Of a stretch of 64,000 bases of DNA, positions 33,350 through 46,451 are shown in pieces. Location: positions 310,001 to 374,000 of the forward strand of contig JAHLTZ010000011.1 of NCBI GenBank assembly GCA_025786725.1, written 5' to 3'. The stretch is from Syncephalis fuscata S228. Its lineage: Eukaryota; Fungi; Zoopagomycota. Every line of letters begins with the position of its first letter. Within the stretch, counting starts at the first letter, position 1. The position numbers were made by a program, and so were the translations under genes. Under the pieces are notes generated by a model. It had not been told where the DNA came from, did no database searches, and was given only the letters and a program-made list of their open reading frames with translations.

Positions 33350-35140
33350 ATGGATTACGGACGACGACAGTCATTACAGCCCATGAAGGCTTCTTATATA
33401 TTTCCAACGTTAAAAACCCAAGAAATTCTTACATGTCTTCATGAATTGCAAATACCTTTCTCAGAAGACGACCTACAACGACCTTCACATATGCGTATGA
33501 TGTCTGTATATGAAAGTATTTGTTATGTCTTTATGGGTGTATCGCGTGAAGATATTGTGTCTATTGACAAATTTACATCGAATATGTCATATCCCGATCT
33601 ATACCAGAATGCACTTGTATCCATGTCATTTTATCGGTATTTGTAAGTTGTTACTTAATTACCGTTATATTTACTTATTAATATTTTATTTAGATCGCGG
33701 TTTATGCAAGCGATAGGTATTGATGATTTTGGCTTTAAAGATCTGGCTAAACCGGAACCAGGACGTGTTCGTCGTATTATGAGTGCTGTAATCAATTTTG
33801 CCAAGTTTCGTGAAGAAAGAATGGATGTATTAGACCAATTTACTATTAAATCAGTAAGCAACACACTATGTTATTTCTAGCACTAATATCATTGGTAGGA
33901 AGAGCTACTGGATCAACATGCATTATTGCAACAACAGAATGAGCAGCTAAAAGAACATTTAAAAAGTATAAAGTAAGAATAAGCAGGTATATAAATTTAA
34001 TACAGCTTACATTAATGAATAGAATACAACAAGAACGTGAATTGGCACAAGTCCAAAAGCTGGAAGAAGAGAAATCAGGCATTCAATCTGAACTTCGTGA
34101 AATGAACAAACAACAAACACGGCTTAATGCAGAGATTGAAGAACAAAAACAAGAGAAAGGACAACTTTCTGATAAAATGGTAAATCATAAATATTTCAAT
34201 TTACAACACTTATATTATTGAGTATAGACAAGTGCCCAATTTGAATTAATTGAGGTCAAACAAGAGATTGGTCGATTACAAGCCCGTATTGTTCCTAGTC
34301 CGGAGAAATTACAGGAGGTAAATGGAATAGATAGCATTGATTAAATAGAGACTAATGATCGTTTTAGTTGATTGATAAATTGAATGCAGACTTGGTTAAT
34401 ACACGTCAAAAGATTAGTGTTGAGGAATTAAAAGCCCATGAGTTTCAAAGTAGAATTAGTAATATTCAATATTTAGCTCAGGTAACTATTGATATGGCCA
34501 ATCATTGAATAATACAACTAAGACTGGTATAGGATGTTGAAGCGTGTAAACAATTGATGCAAGATTGTTTAGAAGAGACAGAGAATTGTCAGAATATTAC
34601 ACGAGAAATTACTATTCTTTGTGAGAAAGTGGAAAAAAAAGAGCTTGAAATTCACGATTTAACCTATAAACTTGAGGTAAATAGATATATTAACAATAAA
34701 CTGTATACATATGTGTGTATTAATGTTCATTATAGTCTCAAGAACGTCAAATTACAAAGGCCAAAGATATGCTAGAGAAATTGCATGTACAGCACCAACA
34801 ACAGCAAGAGATAATTGCCCATAAAATGGATCGACTTCATGAAGATTATGGTGAATTGCAACGAGAAAGTACTGTTTATGCGCAAAAGATTATTGAATAT
34901 CAAGAATTAATAACCGAGAAAGAGGCACAAGTAAGTATTGGCCATAATTACTTTATTGTAGCAACTATGTTGATCATTTACGTATTTAAATAATCACTAT
35001 TCTAGATGGCTGAACTACATAAAGATGTCGAACAAGAGATATCAAGCATTCAAATGAGCTATATGCGACTTCGACAACAAGTAGAAGTGTATCTAGTCAA
35101 AGTACAACGTCATTTAGTAATACCAAAGGAACATGAATAA
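33350..35140 (+). CDS. NUF2: Kinetochore Ndc80-complex subunit Nuf2, multi-exon
   Basis: FPTLKTQEILTCL; DFGLKDLAKPEPGRVRRIMSAVINFAKFREE; RIVPSPEKL; coiled-coil tail. Confidence 0.92.
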
Positions 35141-35404
35141 TGATAATATGATGATGATTACCACTATTATTATTAAGATTCTATTGATTTATAATACATT
35201 GTTATTTAGTAAAATATAAATTGTTAAATGACTTATTTATACAAATGTTTTTTATTATTATCAAACAAAATATACCGATATTACATTTCAAATGATTTAT
35301 AACAACGCTACTTATTATTATCATTATTGTTATTAGTATTGCTATTATTAAACTAATGGATATGGATAGGTAAAAAGTGTTGTAATACTTGTAATAATAG
35401 TAAA

Positions 35405-38187
35405 TCAAGTTTCCGTATCGCTATGTTGTCGTTTACGTGATCTATTTGATTTAGATGCACCATGGATATTCCGAGAAGAAAAGCGCTTTTTACGTCCAGC
35501 AAGTAATGCTTCACATTCTTGCCAGGCATAATAAAGAATTGCATTTAATTGGAGGATATCCTGTTTACGTCGATGATCTTCACCAAGTCGACGGAATTCA
35601 TGGGTGAGTTGTGCACATCGACTTACATTCTCTGGTGATACAAAATCCATGGCCACTTTAATACAAGAAGCGTAATTACATACTTGATGTGCACAGCCAG
35701 CTGGCACAAATACTGCATCACCGGGATTTTGAAATATACGCCAGCCTTTAACGCCGTATTCCTGATACAGACGTTGGCGTAAGCCACGATCAAGATAGAA
35801 TGTTTGGTCGTGTACTGGATCATCAACTGATATATTGCGTTCACGGGCAATATGAGTTAAAAAGTCACGTATTTTTGGTAGATCAGCCAGTGGAAATATA
35901 TCCCATACGGCAGCAGCGGCAATGCCTGGTGGCCGTTCTGTAAACGCTAAACTATCATGACAAATAGGATATCTGGCACGGTTTTCTTCCGGTGATGGTC
36001 GATGATGCTGTCCATTGGATGATGATGCTGTTGGTGGTGCAGTATGTTGGTTAGTTGAGTTCATTTTCTTTTGAATAAGCTGTTCTTGCTGCTCGATCGG
36101 TAGGTTATCAAGATAGGATGCATAAAGCATAATATTAACAGCATCAGCCATGTCAAGATGTAGATTTGTGGTACCGGCACCACCTTCGCCATCATTTGAT
36201 CCATAAGCATTATACATCTTTGGCCCTAGATCGGGCCAGATATAATGATTTGATAAACGATTGACTAGATTTAGATCGCCTTGTAGATGTGTATATGGCT
36301 TAAATGGTAAAACACGCATAAAATCGTGATAATGGTCAGGGAATTTGTTGCGGAAATCGTCGTTTGACGGCCAATCCTACAATAAATACACTTTATTAAT
36401 GTTACTTGTTATATAATTATGCAATACGTACCTTTAATTTAAGAATCATACAACGACTATTCTCGTCACTAGGCCGTACTGTAATATCGGAGAAGCCTTG
36501 AAAGAATTGACCAACCGTCATGTCGACAAGTGCATCACCTGTACGACAATCGATCATTTCTGTAACTTCATGACCGTGATATTCAATAAACCAACTCGGT
36601 GTCCATAATGAACATGTAAATTGCGATAATAGATTTGGTACAAAACATGCTTCACCTCGCGCCCAACAGGCTTGGAACTGATCAAGTTGATCATTTAATG
36701 GAGTAACATTCAATATCTGATAGCGTCGAAAGTGGGCAACCGAGTCAAATGCCGCATCGTCCGTGGGCAGTGGTGGCTTAGGTAGTTGCGGGAATTGCCA
36801 GGCCATAATTGTTTCCTTCATCCAGCGAAGTTCGGCTAGGCCATAATTACGCATTCTTACCATATGCTGATGGCCATGACGTCTGCTATAAGTGCACCGT
36901 TTGATACGGCAGCATCTGGACTTGCATCCCATTCATCGTAGCAATCCATACAAATCTCAAGACCACAAACACCACACATCCAGAATCCACTTAGAATGTT
37001 GGTCAAGCAAGCATCGCATAGTTGGCGCTGTAAGCCTAGTGGTTCACGTCGGTAGCATGGTTCATGTTCGGCAAACGATAGTTCACGATCGACAATATAT
37101 CTTACAGCAGAAATAATTCGATGCAGTATGAATCGTTCTGGTGAACCAAAATGATAATGAATTTGCGGATCTGTTTCTTCAACAGCGGTACTAGTGGTAG
37201 TAACAACACTAATAATTGATTTTAATAGATCTTGTCTTGTCCAATCAATAATACGCCCTTCAGACGACTCTTCAACCGCCGATTGAAAGAATGGACCATA
37301 AATAAGATCGTCGCTTGTAATATCACTTCGTTTTTTGCCTACTGCGTCAAGTTTTAGACCAAATACACGTGTACGAGCAAATCTACATGAGCCAGCATTT
37401 CTAGATACGCACGCTACGCATCGTTCAAATCGACTAACTACTGGGCGCTGGCATTGTGAAGTTTGCCAAAATACTGGACCATGACATGTACGCATTTTCA
37501 CCTTTGATAGATCGTCATGCACCCAAGTACGTTCTGGTGCTGGTTTTGTTACACGAGACTGGCGCGATGTTCGACGTGCTTTGCCATAATTACCGTCATG
37601 TGCTTCATCATCGTCTGCGCCGTCGTTATCCTCATCATCGCTCCTTTTACCATTGTTTAAATCAACATAGGATCTAATTTTGGTGGCAGCTCGTTGAGGA
37701 CGACGATAGGGCCGAGTTTCATTAGGTACGATGGATTCTTGTTTAACAAGTGGCTTTCGAGCAAGACGAAGGCGCAAGTACGCATCGACTACTGCCTCGG
37801 AAAGGCCCGTCATATTTGCACAAAACTTTAGCTCTTCTGGAGTAGCAGGTCGTGCATGAGCCTCAAGTTTTTGATCCAAAATATAGGCCGATTCTGGTGG
37901 AATCATAGCTAACGAGAATGACTCGTTTGTACCTTTATATTATACTTTTAATTAATAAACAATAACTAAGGAGTATGTATAGATTTACCTGATATGTTAC
38001 CATTGCTATTTACTGTCGACCTCTGGTCACTTTCTTCGCTATCGCTATCGCTATAAGAGCTGCCATTGGTTTTAGGTGAATTAGACGCGAATTCCGACGT
38101 TAATACTTTGTAATGAACCGACTTTACACCGTCTAGTCGGCTAGTTGTCGTCTTTTGGGCCAAAGATGGCGATTTTGCTTGTAGCAT
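35405..38187 (-). CDS. JmjC histone demethylase, KDM3/JHDM2 family, with zinc finger
   Basis: CDACLTNILSGFWMCGVCGLEICMDC; LKLK|DWP; PDLGPKMYNAYG; TTNLHLDMADAVNI; GDAVFVPAGCAHQV. Confidence 0.92.
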
Positions 38188-38699
38188 AGTGAAGCAAATC
38201 AATGACTATATGCTTGAATGGATAAACGCTTTTTCTAAAAGAAGTGCACACTAGCTGCATTACTGGCAGTGTATACAACTAAACTGCTTAATCGTTGTAG
38301 ATTCAACATATAAACATACTTACCAGTGTCCAGTAGTTGAGTATAGAAGAAGCAGAAGAAGCACGCCACGGGATCGGAGTAGTAGACAAAGGTAGATTAT
38401 AAGGAGAATAAGCAATTATGAACAGCGTCTTTCTACAAATAGAGGAGAACCGTCACCGCATAACTTTGTGCAACCGATAATTTGTACTCGATTCATGCAT
38501 TATAAAGTTTAATTATGCCGACGTCGGAAGCTGGCATTATTTTCATGCAGTCCCACGTTTCAAATAAATTCCTAATAATATTGATATTGCACGCTACTGA
38601 TTAAGGGCCCAAGTGGCAATAACATGAAAATGCTACTTATATACCACGTGTGGAACATTCGCAGACAATCTGCCATTAATGGCAAGTGTATAATGGACT

Positions 38700-39010
38700 A
38701 GCAAGAGTTGACAAACATTTTGTTGAGTATTTTTAATTAATAAAAAGCGTAAGAATAGCAATGGTAAAGTTGGTGTGCATATATACATGCGAAAATGAGT
38801 GGAATATATTAAAGTATATAATAAATATAATATGTTTAGTATATGATGGAATGACATATATACATATTGGATAATAAATCTACAATGATGAGTATTTGAT
38901 GATTAATGCCACTCACCACCCTGAATCATGTTTAATAGATTGGGCGTTATTGAATATTAGCCATTTGACCACCAAACTATACTAATTGTTAATTATTTGT
39001 TAATAATAAT
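38700..39010 (+). repeat. Partial copy of the MITE-like element (right part plus terminal repeat)
   Basis: Similar to ~58150-58500; GGATAATAAATCTACAATGATGAGTATTTG...TAGCCATTTGACC. Confidence 0.65.
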
Positions 39011-39315
39011 ATTAAATGACGTATTTATTTAATTTAATTAATAAATATCAAAGTCCATGTACTTTAAGATTAAAGTTGTAACAATGCACAATATACAGTT
39101 ATTAGTGCAATAACATTAAAAAAGCTAACTAATACAACTAACTAAACAGCATATATATTGATCTAATAAAATACGAAATAAAACTAAAACAAAGCTATTA
39201 TCAAATGCCCGTATTTAGTTTAGACAATCTACTAGCTATCTTGGTGTATACATCAACATTGCATAATGATTGGCATTGCAGTAATGAACTGACTGATATA
39301 CAACTATAAACCATT

Positions 39316-40655
39316 TTAAGCACGGTCGTTGCATTTGACGCACATATAACGATTACAGCGATTGCATACCCAACTTATATCCGTTTCAGTTGGCGAGAGA
39401 TTACAGCGAACACAGCATGAAATACCACAATCATTGCAAAGTGTAACGCCTGGACGACATCGACAAACAGAAGTTTTGTTACAAGTGACACAGATCCATC
39501 GACCGCATCGTCGACAGTTTATATTGTTCATTAGTGGGTTTGAATGCTCTACCATTTTGTGCGTGTGGCAATAAGCAGGTATTTCCGTACACTGGCAGCT
39601 TCGCTTTGAATGGCATGAATTACATAGAAATCCAACAGGATGGTCGGCACCTGGGCACATGATAATTATAGTGGCGATGACCGACAATCATTGCAGCGAT
39701 AGCTGCCGCATCCTCCATAACAAGTGAGTTTTTGGCAACAGTTTTTACAAAGATAGGCGGCTTGACTGCATAATTCACACCAGTGACGTCGAAAAATGCA
39801 ATAGCCATAAGAACAAGCATCACATGGCATTGGCCATACCTCAATAAGTTGCTCTGCACCAGTAATGGACGGTAAACCAAAGGTATTATGGCTGCTATGC
39901 CATACATTATCGCTTTGTTTAAGAAGACTGCCATTGCTGCTGCTGCTGCTAGATGGCAATAATTGATTAATAGATTTTGTGCTTATATTTTGTTGTTGCT
40001 GTTCCTGTCGTTCTGATGCCATTGCTTGTAAAATCTCTAGACTTTTAGTGCTATTTGTTGGTCTAGAGTACAGTGAATTGAACTGCCAGTCGAATCTTTG
40101 AGTTGTATGATAATGCATAACCGTATCGTATACATAGCGCAGTTTTAGTAATTTGCCTTGATCAAAAAGATCCGTAAGTATATTGCTTAGTTCATTGCAA
40201 TGGGATCGGTCCGAATGTCGCAGCGAAAGCCATTCAAGTTGCGGACATCGTGCCAGTAGTATAGTCAACACATTGCTTGTCATTTGATGCCGTCGAGTCT
40301 TATACGCTTTACAGCATGCAGTGCACTGGCATCAAGCCAGCCATTGAACAGCTTTATCAAATGCGATTCCAGTATTCTTGAATAAAATATTGGTTGATTT
40401 GCTTCGTTTGTATTAATGGTAAACGTAGGTACAATCTCATTTCCAATGGCTGGATTCGTAGATAGTATGTTGTTTATAGAACATGCTTGGCTTTCTTAAA
40501 TTAGCATAGTGCCAAATAACGCCAGAAGTAGTTATCAGTTCGTATGTATATCGATTGACGAATATGAACTGTCTAAGTGTGCTGATATCCAGCCAAACAA
40601 ATACGCGTAATAATACTTCTTCTGGAATAATACAAAATCCAGGATCTCTTTTCAT
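39316..40655 (-). CDS. F-box protein with LRR-like middle and very Cys-rich C-terminus; broken by several frameshifts (pseudogene or sequence errors)
   Basis: IPEEVLLRVFVWLDISTLRQFIFVNR (F-box); LARCPQLEWLSL; many CxxC pairs spread over successive frames. Confidence 0.65.
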
Positions 40656-40918
40656 ATTCAATAAAATTCGACTAGAATAAAAGGTTTGATTCACAAGTAA
40701 ACACGCCATCGCTTCTGGAAGCATATTATACAATGCGTAATCTATGCAGTAGCAAAGGCGACAAAATATCAATACTCTATGAATGATACGAACACTAATA
40801 ACAACGCACACAAATTCTGCAGTCTCATTGGATATGTGAATAGCTCGTGTAACCATTTTGCTTTATTTTTTAATTATTTAACGAAATATAATGTATTGCT
40901 TTATGTATCATTTTGTCA

Positions 40919-41941
40919 TTAGACAATTATTGGTTTATTTGGCAGGAGTGGATGGCGTTGTTGATGCAATATTTGTAAACGAGTCTGCCCATACGCTTTC
41001 CGATTCCAAGTGTATGGTTCATCGGCAAATGCTTTGGATAATACGTTCAATACGGCATTGCCAGCTTCCAATTCTAATTCAGACAACTTTGCTTTTGGCA
41101 AAGAAGCGTTTGTTTGACGCTGGAATACAACAATCATTGCCGCTGCAGCTCTAATGCTAGGCAGGTTCGATTCAAGTGGTGTGGCACAGCGTGCCAAATG
41201 GAAAAGCATGAAATTCTCCATTTCTAACGATACAGCATTAGGATATTGCGCGTGGATCTGTTCAACATGCTCGTCATTCCGGTCAACAAATGCTGGATCC
41301 ACGCGGCCTTGTGCGGCATAGAATGTATCTGCCGTAATATTCGTGCCAGATACCACATGATTTAAACCTACTTGCTGGCTCAGTTGCTGTTTTAATGCTT
41401 CAGTAAGTTGAGTATCGGCAGCAAATACACTTGAAAAAGTGTAACATTCCTTTGGCTCGCTGCTGCTTAAGCTAGAAACGGCAGACTTTGTTGTGGTGTC
41501 TGTGCCACTATCGATGGCCAAATCTGCAAAGGCGTCGAATCGTCGTGTTACCGCTGCCGAATCATCAGGCACAATAATATCGCCAGCATCAGCAATGGGC
41601 GCAATAGCACCACAAGTACCAATGCGAATAACACACAATGGGCCATCGACAACAGCACGTACCTCACGAAGCATGAAATCCATCATTGCCATTCCCATAC
41701 CAATAGCTATAATACTAACTGGGTGTCCGGCAAATCGACCGGTAATTGTAAGAAAGCCGCGGTGACTTTCGCGTTCAAACTTTGGTGCATCAGCATCAAG
41801 AAGGGTAGCAAGACGTCGTGCACGTTCTGGATCGCCCACTGTAAGGATGCGATTACACACCTCGCCTCGTTTTAAGCCTACGTGATAAGTATGGCCCTCA
41901 GCATCCATAGGAAAGTTGGCGTTTTTCATATCAGAATGCAT
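40919..41941 (-). CDS. Uridine/purine nucleoside phosphorylase (PNP_UDP_1 family)
   Basis: ILTVGDPERARR, HRGFLTITG, GMGMAMMDF, IRIGTCG, ADTFYAAQGR, LEMENF. Confidence 0.92.
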   Translation of the reverse strand: MHSDMKNANFPMDAEGHTYHVGLKRGEVCNRILTVGDPERARRLATLLDADAPKFERESHRGFLTITGRFAGHPVSIIAIGMGMAMMDFMLREVRAVVDGPLCVIRIGTCGAIAPIADAGDIIVPDDSAAVTRRFDAFADLAIDSGTDTTTKSAVSSLSSSEPKECYTFSSVFAADTQLTEALKQQLSQQVGLNHVVSGTNITADTFYAAQGRVDPAFVDRNDEHVEQIHAQYPNAVSLEMENFMLFHLARCATPLESNLPSIRAAAAMIVVFQRQTNASLPKAKLSELELEAGNAVLNVLSKAFADEPYTWNRKAYGQTRLQILHQQRHPLLPNKPIIV

Positions 41942-43504
41942 TGTTGATAAATCAATGTTATTCAGTGATTAGTGATGGTTAACTCTAAACAGAAAAAACA
42001 AAGACAAACAAATCTGTAACACGGGTGCTATGGCAGATTGTTGCGAATATTTCCACAATAAAAGAACGAAATAAGTTGTAAAATTACTAAATTCTTACTA
42101 TTGGTCAATGGCGCGTGTTTATATCGTTCTGTCGGGTTTCGCTAAAGGTATATAGCCGAATAAAGGACACGAATAAAGATAGTAGGTAAAGAAAAGGAAA
42201 GACACAGTTGTATAGATTCAAGGGAACGAGTGCGTGAATTGGGAAGTATTATGCAACAATGGGCATCACATTGGTTGCCAAGTAATTGCTAGCACATGTT
42301 GGAGCTTAAAGCGGAGAACATAATAGGACGATTTTTTACAAAAAAAACCGAAGGTGGATGGTGTATACTTAGTTTATTAATTTTTTTAATTTTGCAAATT
42401 ATTATGCCATTATTTTCAACGGTGTTTTACTATTGTTTTGTATCTGCAAAATAGGCTGGCTTGCCACCTCTTAATGAAACATGCTTGTTGAACATTAGAA
42501 GAAAACAAAAAAGATAAAACAGTCACATGGCTGTAATAAGCTGTAGGCCATATGATTCATCGACCCTATAAACTAGCTTTAAAACTCCGTTTTATAACTA
42601 CTCATCTGCAATGAAATTGAGATTTGTTATGTAAATAATAACTACAAAAGCTGCACTAGACACCTATGTTAAATTATTGCAATTTATGCGATAATAATAA
42701 AAACAACAATAGTAACAATAGTAACAATAGTAACAATAATATTCATAATATTCGTAATAGCTGTATGAAAATACACCATTGATGTCTTGTTTGTTCGTTT
42801 GTTATTTTGATAAAATTTTTTTGTAAAGTAACCAGTATGTTACAGGCTGATACATTCATTATTTAGACATGGGGCGGAACGGGGAAACTACACGGCAACT
42901 CTACACAATTCAAAGGCCCTTACCGGTAGGACGAAACAAGCTGCATTAGTTCGGTCTAAACGACCATTCTAATTTGCCGGCAGCTCGCGTGCCTAGCTTA
43001 TCAGTAAGCGCTTGGAACATGCCAAGAAATGATTGCTGCTCCCACCACTGTCATGTAGCTTATTCGTGGCCATAACGAGCATCAAAGCGCTTGGCCAGTG
43101 GATGTGGATAGGCCGGTGCACTTTACCGAGAGCGGCATCCAAATTGATGTCATTGACGTTAGATCTACGCCATTCCTATTTTCTGATAAGGAGGACTATC
43201 ATGGTGCTTCTGTAGGACCAGTCTAAAAATAGACATCTCAGACATTTTTCGTCATGAACTGTATCACACCCATCCCTTCTGCCCTTGCAGCAGCTTTATT
43301 CAAAAAAGTCGCCTTTTGCTATAAAATAGCCACAACTTTAGCGGCCTATTCTCACAAGTATCTGCTTTCATACTCATTGACTTCACATCACAGCAATTTC
43401 GTGACTTTTGCATCAACCATTTTCTGGTTACCAAACATCTTTTGTTCTCTACGCTATCACACACACACACGGATTTTCTGCATTCTACTCTGAATAACAT
43501 CAAC

Positions 43505-43972
43505 ATGCGTTCCTTCGCCGCTATCGTTGCCATCATCGCTCTTGCCGGTGCTACTGCCGCTGTGCCGCAGCAACAAGGAAGCGTCACTATTCCAACAGCT
43601 CTACCATCGACTCTTCCACCAGGTTTCCCATCCAATCTACCCTCTGGTATCCCATCCAATCTACCATCGGGTATCCCAACTAACGTCCCAATCAGTGGCT
43701 CATCGACTGCACCACAGTCTAACTCGGTATCAAACACCAATAGCCAGTCTTCTCCTGCTTCCAACGGCTCTGGCAGCAGCACTGACAGCGGCACGACCGC
43801 CCCCACAAACACCCCGACTGGAACAGACACAACAAAGCCTTCCAACACAAACAAAGACTCGAGCAAGTCCGCACCATCTTCTACCGACACCAACGCTGCA
43901 TCAAGTCGTGTCGCTGGTGCAAGTGCATTGGGTCTCGTTGCCGGCATGGTTGGTCTATTAGCTGTCTATTAA
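43505..43972 (+). CDS. Secreted Ser/Thr/Pro-rich, probably GPI-anchored surface protein
   Basis: Signal peptide MRSFAAIVAIIALAGATAA; PSNLPSGI repeats; NAASS omega-like site and hydrophobic tail; TATAAAA at ~43320. Confidence 0.85.
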   Translation: MRSFAAIVAIIALAGATAAVPQQQGSVTIPTALPSTLPPGFPSNLPSGIPSNLPSGIPTNVPISGSSTAPQSNSVSNTNSQSSPASNGSGSSTDSGTTAPTNTPTGTDTTKPSNTNKDSSKSAPSSTDTNAASSRVAGASALGLVAGMVGLLAVY

Positions 43973-44569
43973 ACCATTCATGATGTTGGTTTAACCAGTA
44001 ACATGGTTATATTCAATTATGGTACTATCTCTTGGCTGTGAAGTTCACGAGTGACTACGTTTATTTGCAATAAATATGAACATATAACTATTTAACTAAA
44101 TAACGAAACTGGTATTACACGTGTTTTAATCAGTGTAATTGTTGTGGGTGGATGTGTCTGTAGTATAAGTAAAGAATTAGTTCTAAATATAAATACAACG
44201 ATGCTGATTAACAATGGATTGCTTAACAGTGATCCGCTTTGTTAATTGTTCCTTAGCTCCATTCAAATATATTGTACTAGAGCAAAAATGTTGTTTCAGC
44301 TTTTTTATCGGTTTATTTGTTTTTAATTTTAAAACATACAGATTCTATTAACTATTTATTAGTTCAATATAGTGTATTATTCACTTGAAACTATATATGA
44401 TTTATTATTTATTAATAATGTATATTAATTATTTATTGTAACTTAATAATTAAATGCCTAAATCTAATAACATTCGAATTCGGATTTATTAGCTTGAGTG
44501 GGACAACGGTCCGTAGGACCTAACCGCGCATTTGCAGCATTTGTCTGCCACCCCGACTAAATTTAATGA

Positions 44570-44800
44570 CATTTAATTTATCAAACATAATGATGGATGG
44601 TAATGACATCAATCACCAAAATCCTCATTATTATAGAGCTTCATCTTCATCATCTTATAATCATACTGCCATACATTACTTTATTAAATGGAACAAATGT
44701 CTAGCTCAATTGCTCGTGTACTATCAATTGTAGTCATTTAATCACCAAACCATATTAAATTGCTTAATAATGTTGAATGCATACAATATACCATGTAATT
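44570..44800 (+). repeat. Decayed left-end copy of the MITE-like family
   Basis: GATGGTAATGACATCAATCACCAAAATCCTCATTATTATAGA resembles 57823-57861. Confidence 0.45.
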
Positions 44801-46451
44801 AATACATTTCAATCAGCTTAATGGGCCAATAGCATGCCTCACGTGCTTTTAATTAAAAGTTAAACATGAAATGATACACGATACACATCTATTGTTACAA
44901 TAACATTAACAGAAATAAATAAGACAATAAACTATTTATGTCGTTGTTAAATGGCAACGTGATGAGTTGTATCAACTATAACAGTTATAGCATACTAACC
45001 ATGGCAAAAAAATGCTATTTTTAATTAATTGACAAACAAACAGCAACAATACATAACAGCATCAAAGGCTGTGTTTTAAATACCGGTAATTTGTCATGGT
45101 TCTTCTTGACATTACTACAACTAGCTACTTCTTAGCCTGAGAATAGCTTTAAATTAATGTAAAAAAAGCACATTGGATAAAAATAAAGGCACTAATTGTA
45201 CACCTTTAGAAGTTCTTATTCTACATTTAGCCATCGGCACTAATTATTGACAGCGTTGTTGCATTTGCGTAGTTACAATACGACTGGCAACTATATGAAA
45301 ACTCCGCTGTTTGATTTGTTTTCGTATTATGCAAAGCCATAATAGGCTGTAATCCAAGGTGAGCTGAATTGATTGGCGCACTAGAATGCTTGATGTAAAA
45401 TCGATTGGTTGTTCTTCATTAGCGGAATGTTCATTTAACTTCAGATTTGATACGTTCTGCCTCCCCTTTGCATTGTCGCATATCATCATACAACGCAATA
45501 GAAACACCACCGAATAGGCGGAAAGGAAGACGACATATAAATGGATACCACCCATTCACACATGCGCCGACACAGACAAATACGCACTCAATACACACAT
45601 CTGCACATCACACCAGTTTTTTCCTTGTCCTGTTTTTTCTTGCTTCATTATTACTTGCTTTGCTTTCTCTCGCTCTTCTTCTTTCAATCAATCAATACCA
45701 AACTTTTTCTCTCTCCCTTTCCCGCTACTTATTAGCACGTTGACTTTTATTCGTCTACTCGCCTACCAGCTTGTCCAACCATCTATCGTTTTTTGTGCGT
45801 CTCTCCCCTTGATAACAGCCATAGCCTGTTGACTATCGTTCCTCGAACCTGCCTATAATATTTTAAAACTTTACCGTACTATTCGCCTGTGTTTCTTTTC
45901 CTTTCTTTACTCACAATCACTCGGCCGCATCCACACTCTTATCCCTCTTTCTCTTTCTGTCCCACTTACTCGCTCTCTGTCTCTTTATTGAACCATATCA
46001 GCTCTTTTTACTTCGCCTACTGCTACTTTGAACTACTTCTCATCAGCCTTACTTCTTGTCAGCGACAAATACATACCTGTGCTTACTATCGTCCTTATTC
46101 TACTTGTTTGAAACCTACTTGCTCGTCAACAACCGTTCTTACACCCACTGTCGATACACTTGTTTGCTTTTCTCTATCGACGGTAGCTTACAGATCTGCT
46201 GGGTTACCGTTTCTTGATTTTTTAGTTTCCATCTTTGCTTTCCTTTCTCTCTACCATTTTAGAGGACTTTTTTCTTTTACAGCTCTTTAGCTTAACCATA
46301 AAATACTCTGAATTATAGAGTATTGACGGTTATTTGTAGATCATCGGCGTCACTTGGTTTCCTGCGTCGTCTATCCCTTAAACGAACGATCCTAATCGTC
46401 AGTGTCCTTTTTCTCTTTACTTCAGGGCTTTTTCCATTTTCTATTCTATCC

